A DNA stretch of 64,000 nucleotides, from the UHGV virus genome UHGV-2031204. One strand, written 5' to 3'. Shown here one piece after another: positions 47,121-55,113 of the stretch (positions within the stretch are counted from its first letter, which is position 1; each line of letters opens with the position of its first letter). The position numbers and the translations under genes were made by a program. The stretch comes from a virus. The notes below the pieces were generated by a model. That model had not been told where the DNA came from and did not search any database. It worked only from the letters and a program-made list of their open reading frames with translations.

Positions 47121-48252
47121 TCCGCCACCGAAACCAGTTGGCGTTAAGCGCATTTTCTCAACGGGCGATGTACATTTATTGCACCGTCGTGTACCGACGT
47201 GGCATATTGTTAACGTGCTCAAGGAAACCTTAGAACGGTTCGATAATACGATTGACGCTATTTATATAGCTGGTGATTTATTTGATGATTCCCGGCATTT
47301 GCGGCAAGAAGATTCTCAGGAAGCCATAGGGTTTTTAACTTGGTTATTGCTCTGGGCCAAACAGACGAATACTGCTATTCGTGTCTTGGAAGGAACACCC
47401 TCCCACGATCACAAACAATCGAAAATCGTCGAAGAGTTAAATCAGGCGGTGGGTGCAGATTGTTTGTATCTGGATAAGATTGGCGTGTTTTACGACGAGG
47501 CGTTAGAAGCGACAGTCGGTTGGGTCCAGGACGAGTATAAAGCCCTGGGTTCCGAATCCATTGATGCTGCCGCAACAGAACAGGAAATGGCTGAATTATT
47601 AGCCACGCGTGGTATACAGCAGATGGATTTCTGCTTTATGCATGGCTGCTTTCAGTTCCAAGTTCCCGTTGAGTCTACCCGCTTTTTCCATACGGATTTT
47701 TGGGAACCGTTAGTCAAGCATTTGATTATCATCCATCACGATCATCGTAGGAAACAATTGGGTAAGATTCGTGTACCAGGCAGCCCTGATCGCCTGGCAA
47801 TGGGTGAAGAAGAGGACAAAGGCTTTGCTATTGTCGATTTCACTCCTGATTTAGCCAGAGATTATTTCTTGGTTAATGAACGCGCTTGCCCGCAGATTAA
47901 AATTGCTGCGGAGGAGGACTATGAATCGCAGTACGCGAAATGTCTCTCTGCGCTTGAGTACATCGATACTCATCCGTCCTCAGTGATAGGACGATTGGAA
48001 ATTGAATATTACCCTGATTCTCCATTGGCGGAAGCCATCACTCGTTGGAAATCACAATATTCATTCCATATTTCAGGTACGCGTATACGTACGCCTGAAG
48101 AGGAGCAAATTCTCGCAGCCGGTTTTGCCATCGACGCAGAGGTCGAGGAAACCATCTCTGAAGAGAATGTTGAAGCGATTTTGTTAGAAGCATTAGTGCC
48201 GTTTAAATACGATGCACAAATTGTCACTGACATTATCAGGAGCATCAAATGA
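47104..48252 (+). CDS. calcineurin-like metallophosphoesterase, Mre11/SbcD-type nuclease candidate
   Basis: Ordered phosphoesterase motifs: STGDVHL (D-x-H), YIAGDLFDD (GDxxD), GTPSHDH (GNHD-like), FMHGCF (His motif). Confidence 0.6.
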   Translation: MKRITNPPPKPVGVKRIFSTGDVHLLHRRVPTWHIVNVLKETLERFDNTIDAIYIAGDLFDDSRHLRQEDSQEAIGFLTWLLLWAKQTNTAIRVLEGTPSHDHKQSKIVEELNQAVGADCLYLDKIGVFYDEALEATVGWVQDEYKALGSESIDAAATEQEMAELLATRGIQQMDFCFMHGCFQFQVPVESTRFFHTDFWEPLVKHLIIIHHDHRRKQLGKIRVPGSPDRLAMGEEEDKGFAIVDFTPDLARDYFLVNERACPQIKIAAEEDYESQYAKCLSALEYIDTHPSSVIGRLEIEYYPDSPLAEAITRWKSQYSFHISGTRIRTPEEEQILAAGFAIDAEVEETISEENVEAILLEALVPFKYDAQIVTDIIRSIK

Positions 48253-49085
48253 CCCCAATCAGTGTTGATCGCACGTTTGGGTTTTATCAAATGTCAATTG
48301 CTACATCGTTGGCTTTTGAAGGGCTTCTCCATGAAGGAGAATATGCCGATTGGAAGGGTCCAGTCCCTATCCACAAGTATCAGGATATTTACCTGAATCT
48401 ACGGACGTTGTTCCGTAACGCGTTTTACGCGTTTGAAACGAATCGTGAACGATTAACACCTGAAGTGTTGCTGGCATCGATTGAAGAAGATATTGCTTCT
48501 ATTAACGCTACCGCGAAAGCGGTAGCGCCTTCGGTGCTATGTGTCCCCTATATCTGTACGTATAAAAGTGCGAACAGAATCTTCCCCGAAGCAGCGTTCC
48601 GTACGATTGCGGGAGGGCAGGAAAAGATGACACCTAACCAGCACCACTTTAATGCGTTAGAACATGATACGTTAAAGTTATACGGTGAAAAATACCCTGA
48701 GCAATTCAAAAGCTTTGATGTGTTTCCGAAAGGGCAGCATGACACATTGATTTTAACCCATTACCCCGCCGATCTGTTGGCCTACAAAGATTTCCCGCTG
48801 TTGAATCTGTTAGAATCACACACGGGCAAGATTAAAGGTCGGTTAGAATGGTACACGAAGCTTTACGGTAAACCCGAACAGATCCCGTTTAACAAGGCGT
48901 TTCTAACGCTATTTGGCGATGGGTATATGTTCTCCCCACTTGACAGAAAGGTTCGTAAGGTGGTGTTGAATACCGCCGAGAAATACCACTGGCGACAAGA
49001 TACGACCATGGATCGTATTTACAGTTGCTTGAAGTTGGTTAACGAGCCCTTTGTCATTGAGTTCCTTCGTAGATTGTCTCGCTAA
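48249..49085 (+). CDS. hypothetical protein
   Basis: 278-aa ORF, ATGA overlap with the upstream gene. Confidence 0.65.
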   Translation: MTPISVDRTFGFYQMSIATSLAFEGLLHEGEYADWKGPVPIHKYQDIYLNLRTLFRNAFYAFETNRERLTPEVLLASIEEDIASINATAKAVAPSVLCVPYICTYKSANRIFPEAAFRTIAGGQEKMTPNQHHFNALEHDTLKLYGEKYPEQFKSFDVFPKGQHDTLILTHYPADLLAYKDFPLLNLLESHTGKIKGRLEWYTKLYGKPEQIPFNKAFLTLFGDGYMFSPLDRKVRKVVLNTAEKYHWRQDTTMDRIYSCLKLVNEPFVIEFLRRLSR

Positions 49086-49143
49086 TTTTACAGATCGTTT
49101 TGTTAGTTTGAGCACTCCGAAAATGTAAAAATAGGATAAGTAA

Positions 49144-49788
49144 ATGGTCAATAAAAACTTCCTTAAAGAGAAATGGCTTTACCCGCAGACTGAGCCGGAT
49201 CAACAGGGCCGTACTCGTAAACTGGGCATTGAATTGAACGAGTTCAATGGTGATGTGGAACTGATGAAATTCCACTATTCCTTTGGTAAAGGCGAAGGTC
49301 TTTATTTCACCGCAGGCTATACTGTCTGTGTTGATATCTTTGAAACCCTGCGTACGGTGATGCAGAAACCCGAAAAAGTTGTTTTCAAATGGGAAGATAC
49401 AAAAGGTAAGAAGGCACCGGTTAGCTTACACGTAGGTCGTGATGAAAATCTGACACCGTTCTTTGCACTGAGCGGTGAGATCCCAGGGGTTGGTGCGCGT
49501 CAGAAGAAATTCTATTTCACCTATCCGAAAGGTTATCGTGTTTTCCGTAATGGACAACTGGTCTCCGATCTGGAACTGGCAGAGCGTCAGCTACGCGCGT
49601 TCCTGAAAAATGCAGATGTATTCCTGGAAGATTTCCGTGACAACTACAAACCGCGTGAGTTTAATAATGCGGCTGGTGGTAGTTACGGTCGCGGCGGTTA
49701 CAATAACGGCGGCAACGGCGGCGGTTATAACAACCAATCTGCCGCAAAAGCCCCAACACCAACTAACGATTTTGACGATATTATCTAA
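49144..49788 (+). CDS. single-stranded-DNA-binding-protein-like protein (Gly/Tyr/Asn-rich linker plus acidic tip)
   Basis: C-terminus GGSYGRGGYNNGGNGGGYNNQ...PTNDFDDII resembles the SSB glycine-rich linker and acidic DFDDDIPF tip; host-optimal codon usage; N-terminal fold not assessable. Confidence 0.45.
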   Translation: MVNKNFLKEKWLYPQTEPDQQGRTRKLGIELNEFNGDVELMKFHYSFGKGEGLYFTAGYTVCVDIFETLRTVMQKPEKVVFKWEDTKGKKAPVSLHVGRDENLTPFFALSGEIPGVGARQKKFYFTYPKGYRVFRNGQLVSDLELAERQLRAFLKNADVFLEDFRDNYKPREFNNAAGGSYGRGGYNNGGNGGGYNNQSAAKAPTPTNDFDDII

Positions 49789-49808
49789 ATAATGTAAAAC
49801 TATAACAT

Positions 49809-49837
49809 AGCCCCAGGATATCCTGGGGCTCTTTATC
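49809..49837 (+). terminator. intrinsic terminator candidate after the SSB-like gene
   Basis: AGCCCCAGGATATCCTGGGGCT hairpin followed by CTTTATC. Confidence 0.6.
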
Positions 49838-49860
49838 GTGTATGTGTGTAGAATACAGTC

Positions 49861-49893
49861 GAAGTTATCTGAGATAGATTTTATCTTAGTGGA
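49861..49893 (+). promoter_or_regulatory. conserved promoter-like element
   Basis: GAAGTTATCTGAGATAGATTTTATCTTAGTGGA, 28 nt upstream of ATG 49922. Confidence 0.5.
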
Positions 49894-49921
49894 CGACTAT
49901 GTTATTCCTGGAGATTTTAAA

Positions 49922-51550
49922 ATGCGCATTGAAAAGAATCGTGACCGTTTAGTGATAAAGTACGGCGAAAAAGAGGTCGCGTTTAATGGTTTCCGAAATG
50001 GACGTAAAGACGTGAATGTGCCAGACGTACGCGATAGTTTCGGACAGATCGTAACGCACGATAAAATTATGTTCATGGAAATCGAGCGTTATTGGTCAAC
50101 TTTAACACCCGAAGAGAAAAGCGAACTGTTTTCAGTTTACGAAGAATTAGAGTTGTTAGCTAATGAACCCCCAGAAGTTATTCGTGAACACGTCCCCACG
50201 CTCGTCGCGAGAATTGCTAAATTTCATCACGCAGATAGATTCCGCCAGCTTTATCCACACGGTTCGGTGTGGATTCCTCAAAACGTCCACGAAACGTACG
50301 AAGAGATGTCGTCGAATTATCCAAAAGAGATGACGTATATCGTACAAGATTATTACGAATTGGTGATTTTGTCTTTGATGACAAAACCGTTTATTCCCGT
50401 ATTCTTGATTTTGGACGCTTTTCCTGCAACACGTGCTTCTGTTGAGTCGAAGCGCAAAAGTGTTTATAACCTGACCTACTGCATGGAACTGTTGTCCGAT
50501 ACCGAGATTGCTACACTGCCAGCCATTACAAAGTTGCGTGAGTTTTTAGTGTCGGTGATTTCGAAAGTTCAGGACGGGGGGAGTAAAGGACCCAATACTG
50601 CAAACCTTACCGTCCTGGCATCTATCTGTGGCTACGGTACGGATATGGTAGAGGAATACATCATAGCGTTCGCTGTTATCCGATTAATTGCGATGAAGTT
50701 AATCGGTGCCGAACTACCACCAGGTACGATGGTTGAAAACAACATCGTGGCGGGGATGTATTTCAATATTCGACAAGAAATTGAAACGGGCTTCGCGGGA
50801 AAAATTTCCGGTCAAAACGTGATGCTAAAAGCGAATCCTGAGAAAATCATGTTCAACGGCGAGAAGGGGAAAACTTCGTCGATTGACCTGGTTCAAGCTC
50901 GGACTAAAGCACCAATGAAGGAATTCGTTCGTACTCAAGAATTCTTTAATGACTATCGTCGTGCGGTGCGTGCTTTGAATCTCGATATTGCTCCCGCTGA
51001 TGTGAAAGTGTTGATAGATTCCATCAACATTAACCATCAATATCCTTTCTACGAACTCTACGAATGGTTGGTGGCGGCAGTGATGCACCGATTTGCAGAT
51101 CGTCGTACATACAAGGAAATCGACGCAGAAGCGTTTAAGAATGCGATGGGTATATCCCAAGCCGTTTACATCTATTACGGAATGGCTGAGATTGCACAGT
51201 TGTTAAGTTGTGAAATGATCCGGGCACCGCTAAATGGCGGGTATCCCATCGAGCCAATCGATAATGAGATTAAAATAAAAACGGATAGATATTATCCACA
51301 AGCATACCGTAAGCATCGTAATACTTACGAACAATCAACATTGAAGGATTCTCTCAGCTTGTTGGTTCGTGAACATATCGCGCCGTTCAACTTCAATCTC
51401 AGGGCAACACCGGAAGCAGCCAGAATGTTACGGTGTGGGACAGTGATGTTGGACTATTCACCTCATCCGCGACTTCAGAACATGTTAGCAGAATTTCTGT
51501 TAATTCAAAACAGAAAGAAATGCGAAGAAGTAGCATGGTTTAATCAATAA
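49922..51550 (+). CDS. hypothetical protein (early-promoter-motif gene)
   Basis: Start taken at ATG 49922 after GGAG (ORF track starts at 49838 inside the terminator/promoter region); 542 aa. Confidence 0.65.
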   Translation: MRIEKNRDRLVIKYGEKEVAFNGFRNGRKDVNVPDVRDSFGQIVTHDKIMFMEIERYWSTLTPEEKSELFSVYEELELLANEPPEVIREHVPTLVARIAKFHHADRFRQLYPHGSVWIPQNVHETYEEMSSNYPKEMTYIVQDYYELVILSLMTKPFIPVFLILDAFPATRASVESKRKSVYNLTYCMELLSDTEIATLPAITKLREFLVSVISKVQDGGSKGPNTANLTVLASICGYGTDMVEEYIIAFAVIRLIAMKLIGAELPPGTMVENNIVAGMYFNIRQEIETGFAGKISGQNVMLKANPEKIMFNGEKGKTSSIDLVQARTKAPMKEFVRTQEFFNDYRRAVRALNLDIAPADVKVLIDSININHQYPFYELYEWLVAAVMHRFADRRTYKEIDAEAFKNAMGISQAVYIYYGMAEIAQLLSCEMIRAPLNGGYPIEPIDNEIKIKTDRYYPQAYRKHRNTYEQSTLKDSLSLLVREHIAPFNFNLRATPEAARMLRCGTVMLDYSPHPRLQNMLAEFLLIQNRKKCEEVAWFNQ

Positions 51551-51580
51551 TTTTCGGCTTGACCTAAAGGAGCATTTACA

Positions 51581-53287
51581 ATGGCAATGAAACTTTTGAA
51601 ACTACAAATGTATCCAGTGTACGAAATCCCAGAGCAGATTCGTCGTCGCATTGGGTTCTTTGAATCGCAGCACGCTTTGGATGAGTTAGTGGATGTGGTT
51701 GCAGAACACGGTGATAAAGCAACAGGTTCTCGGGCTTATCAAGAAGCCTTGGGGCAGATTGTGGGTTTCGACAACACCCCAACTGGCATTGAACGTCCAT
51801 TCATTAACGTGAGTGATAACGAATCGCAACCAATCCATTTTGCGTATAATTCTCGCGATACTGGTGTGTATAACTTCGTGGCGATTATTGTTTCGAACTC
51901 GTTAAATGACACACGGACTCAAGAAACACGTTATGTTGTTTCCGGGTATACGTCCCAGGCAGAACGATCCATGTTTAATCACCTGCCGGATGACATGGTT
52001 CTGTATATCAACGAAATATACGGGTTACAATGTACGTATATCACCGATGCGTTTGGTGGACGTCGTATCAACCCGGATTCCTTCCGTTTGATAGACAACT
52101 ATGTGTTGTCCAAGACATTAACCGCAGACAGTTATGTAGAGCACACCATTGACGTTATTTCTACCGCGAAAGCAGCTGATATGGTGCGTAAAGTGGTGAA
52201 AGCTGGTGAGCAGATTGAGCTGGATAACAACACTGTTATCTCTGCTAATTGCCAGCGTGCACCACAGTTGATGTCTAGTCAATTAACACGACCAGAATCT
52301 TTCGTGACAGCTATCTCCAATTCCTTCATTAATACCATGGGGATTGAAACGGAGTTGAGTGCAGTGGACAGTTTCTTCGCAGGAGATCATTCTCTTGGGG
52401 TAGAATCTGAACTTAGCCAGATCGGGGTGATGCGTAATTTCAATAGTTACGAATTGGTGAAGGCTTTTAGAACCGCCATATCCAACGCCACGTCCGATAT
52501 GACTAGCGGTTGGAACGTTGCGAACCGTGCAGCATTCAAACTGTGCGACCTGCGTAACGCGGTGATTAATCCCGAAGACGTAGATGCTGCAATTGCGCAC
52601 TCACTGGCTGTCGCAGCCCGTCGCGGTTTTGGTGAAATTGAACGCACCGATGATTGGGTAGGACGTAACAACTATTCTACTCAGGGTTCGTTGGTGGCAT
52701 TTGATTTAGCCATGTTACTGGGGCCTGTGGTCACTCGTAACCTTATCGGCGAAGTGACTTTCTTCTACGATAACCGTATGGCGGATATTGCAACACCTCC
52801 TCTGCTGCAAGTGTCAAAACACAACGTTGGGGCATTAACTGAAGACGGATTACCGGATGTGTTAGCACGTCGCTTCTTAAGTGACTTACAAGGCGTATTC
52901 TTGCAAGTGACTAAACACAACCGTATTCGTTGTAAGATGACCGTAACGTGTATCGTTGGGGTGGTTTCACGTATTGAAATCGAAATCGATGGTGAGCTGC
53001 CTGAGTATTATACTCATGCGTCGTTCATGAAAGCACGTCTGCATTGTGGTACAACGACTGACCTTCAGTACACGAACCAGTTAGCTGCAGAAACAGCGCA
53101 GCTGATGAACAAAGTGGAAGAAGGGTACCAAGAATTCAACCGTGGTCAGAACCGTTCGAATATCCTGTCGAATATTCCAACTGCCCCTGTGTCTGCACCT
53201 ACGAGCCTGGGTAGCTTCGGTAGCTTTGGTGGTGGCGATATGTCAACCTCTGCGCCAGTGTCTGGCTTTGGTGCATTCGGCGAGTAA
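51581..53287 (+). CDS. hypothetical protein with Gly/Phe/Ser-rich C-terminal tail
   Basis: CCTAAAGGAG leader; 568 aa; C-terminus SLGSFGSFGGGDMSTSAPVSGFGAFGE. Confidence 0.7.
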   Translation: MAMKLLKLQMYPVYEIPEQIRRRIGFFESQHALDELVDVVAEHGDKATGSRAYQEALGQIVGFDNTPTGIERPFINVSDNESQPIHFAYNSRDTGVYNFVAIIVSNSLNDTRTQETRYVVSGYTSQAERSMFNHLPDDMVLYINEIYGLQCTYITDAFGGRRINPDSFRLIDNYVLSKTLTADSYVEHTIDVISTAKAADMVRKVVKAGEQIELDNNTVISANCQRAPQLMSSQLTRPESFVTAISNSFINTMGIETELSAVDSFFAGDHSLGVESELSQIGVMRNFNSYELVKAFRTAISNATSDMTSGWNVANRAAFKLCDLRNAVINPEDVDAAIAHSLAVAARRGFGEIERTDDWVGRNNYSTQGSLVAFDLAMLLGPVVTRNLIGEVTFFYDNRMADIATPPLLQVSKHNVGALTEDGLPDVLARRFLSDLQGVFLQVTKHNRIRCKMTVTCIVGVVSRIEIEIDGELPEYYTHASFMKARLHCGTTTDLQYTNQLAAETAQLMNKVEEGYQEFNRGQNRSNILSNIPTAPVSAPTSLGSFGSFGGGDMSTSAPVSGFGAFGE

Positions 53288-53309
53288 AAGATTAATCAAG
53301 GACTCTTAA

Positions 53310-54689
53310 ATGAAAATTATTGAATTCTACAAATCGTTTCTTAAATCACAAGGATTCGATTTTGAAAACGATTTACTCACTCGTGACGGTGGTGAACCGG
53401 CAGAGTTTACGTATAACAAAGTGAAGCGCCGTTTGGCGCTTCCTACCCCAGCGATGATTAAGCGTGGCATGGAAGACGACGATGGTCGTGAATGTCAAGC
53501 ATTTCATCCACTGTGTGAATCGGTACTGGCAGGTGAATCAGGGACAATTCGTTTCCTGAAGAAATCCATTAATGCGAACCTGTTCATTCGTTCCTTTGCA
53601 TTAATCGACGCGATTCTGGAAACGGGGGCAAGTGGTAAAGCAGTACGTTCAGCTTCCTACAAGAAGTTCTTAACAGAACAGATTTGCGAAGGGATGAAAG
53701 ATCCGACGTTCGATGAGCGTTTGGTAAAATCCTGGGAAGCGGTTAAGGCGTTCGTTTACGCACAATTGGAAAAAGATAAAAAGCACAAGATCACCCAGCT
53801 TTTTATCGCATCTGATTTAGTTATCGATGGTGTGAAGTTTAACCGCGTAGCTAATTATCGGAATATGTTCGAAGAAGAATCGTTAGATGGTACCGCAATG
53901 TACTTCTCTGCGAAGCTTCAACGTAAACAAGACAAAATCATTATCCACCGTTTACTGACCACCGTGTTCGGTTGGTATCCGAGCGTAACGGGGTCTAATG
54001 ATTCGCGTCCGTATTTCGGTTGCTTAGCGCGTGGTTGGGCGCAGTACGTTGTGAATTATAACAACGTCGTTAAGGGATTGCGCGACCACACTTCTTTACG
54101 TCCGTTGGAAGATGAATGGATTTCTCAGCTGGACAATATGGATATTTACGATAACGTCATTCAGACCTTACCGTATAACACCGGCCCACGTTCTGACAGC
54201 CCTGAACGTGATACCACGGCGCATGACTTCCGTATTGATCGTGCACAGGCACCGCAGCAGATCCCACAAAAACGTGCATCGGATGCAGATAAAGCAGATA
54301 AGTCCGATCCGATGGAATTCTTCCGCGCTCGTGAACGTAACATGGCCGCGCATAGTCCTTATGGGAATTTGACGCCAGCGATGCAACGTTACGCTGAGCA
54401 GCACGGAACAACTAACCCCGCCAACGGTATGGTAAGTCGAATTTCTGTTGTGGATGCGTTTGGTGGTGAGCGCAAGGTTTCACCTTTCGGTGGTCAGAGT
54501 AACTTCGGTGTAGGGAATACTGGAGGTTCTTTGGCAAGCACCTTTGGCGGAGGGAATAATTCTTTCGGCGGGAATGTAGGGGGGACTAGCGCATTTAGCA
54601 CAAGTTCAGCATTTGCATCGAATAGCAGTTTTGGCGGGCAGCCGCAAAGCAGCTTCGGCGGATTTGCAACTTCGGCATTTACGCGTTAA
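53310..54689 (+). CDS. hypothetical protein with FG/SFGG-repeat C-terminal low-complexity domain
   Basis: 459 aa; last ~90 residues hold about nine xFGG/xFxS repeats (AFGG, PFGG, NFGV, TFGG, SFGG, SFGG, SFGG, GFAT); terminator follows. Confidence 0.7.
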   Translation: MKIIEFYKSFLKSQGFDFENDLLTRDGGEPAEFTYNKVKRRLALPTPAMIKRGMEDDDGRECQAFHPLCESVLAGESGTIRFLKKSINANLFIRSFALIDAILETGASGKAVRSASYKKFLTEQICEGMKDPTFDERLVKSWEAVKAFVYAQLEKDKKHKITQLFIASDLVIDGVKFNRVANYRNMFEEESLDGTAMYFSAKLQRKQDKIIIHRLLTTVFGWYPSVTGSNDSRPYFGCLARGWAQYVVNYNNVVKGLRDHTSLRPLEDEWISQLDNMDIYDNVIQTLPYNTGPRSDSPERDTTAHDFRIDRAQAPQQIPQKRASDADKADKSDPMEFFRARERNMAAHSPYGNLTPAMQRYAEQHGTTNPANGMVSRISVVDAFGGERKVSPFGGQSNFGVGNTGGSLASTFGGGNNSFGGNVGGTSAFSTSSAFASNSSFGGQPQSSFGGFATSAFTR

Positions 54690-54702
54690 GTGAAGTATAA
54701 AA

Positions 54703-54728
54703 GAAGGGACCGTGTCCCTTCTTTTTTT
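54703..54728. terminator. bidirectional intrinsic terminator
   Basis: GAAGGGACCGTGTCCCTTC hairpin followed by T7; between convergent genes. Confidence 0.75.
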
Positions 54729-55050
54729 AATCATTACCGATGGTGCTAATAATCTCACTGACCGTTCCGACGTCGGGTACGATTAGTTGCGTGATTTCAG
54801 GGGTGAAATTCATGGGGTCTTCTAGCCCGTTTAATAGCATCATCGGATAGATAATGATATCGGCGTAACCTTTGAGTTTACAGTAGGCGTAGAAATTGTG
54901 GACCTCAGGCCAACTGTAGCGTGGGTCAACATTTTCTATTTTAGTTTTCGGGTGTTTACGCAGATAGTCTGTGTAATCGTGCATCACTTTCCATGTCGTG
55001 GTGTAAGGCGCAGGTATGAATTCTTCTAGGGTAATAAAATTGTCTAACAT
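54727..55050 (-). CDS. hypothetical protein
   Basis: 107-aa minus-strand ORF between a terminator and a divergent promoter-like motif. Confidence 0.55.
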   Translation of the reverse strand: MLDNFITLEEFIPAPYTTTWKVMHDYTDYLRKHPKTKIENVDPRYSWPEVHNFYAYCKLKGYADIIIYPMMLLNGLEDPMNFTPEITQLIVPDVGTVSEIISTIGND

Positions 55051-55051
55051 A

Positions 55052-55082
55052 ATCGTTCCTAAAATAAGTGAGATAGATATTA
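55052..55082 (+). promoter_or_regulatory. conserved promoter-like element
   Basis: AAAATAAGTGAGATAGATATTATCCTACTGA in divergent intergenic region, 31 nt upstream of ATG 55114. Confidence 0.55.
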
Positions 55083-55113
55083 TCCTACTGAATCAACCTA
55101 AAGGAGCATTAAA

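Noticed and set aside
51581-54689. Direct homology of the FG-repeat tails to eukaryotic nucleoporins
   Set aside because: The similarity is compositional only; reported as a low-complexity feature, not as homology.
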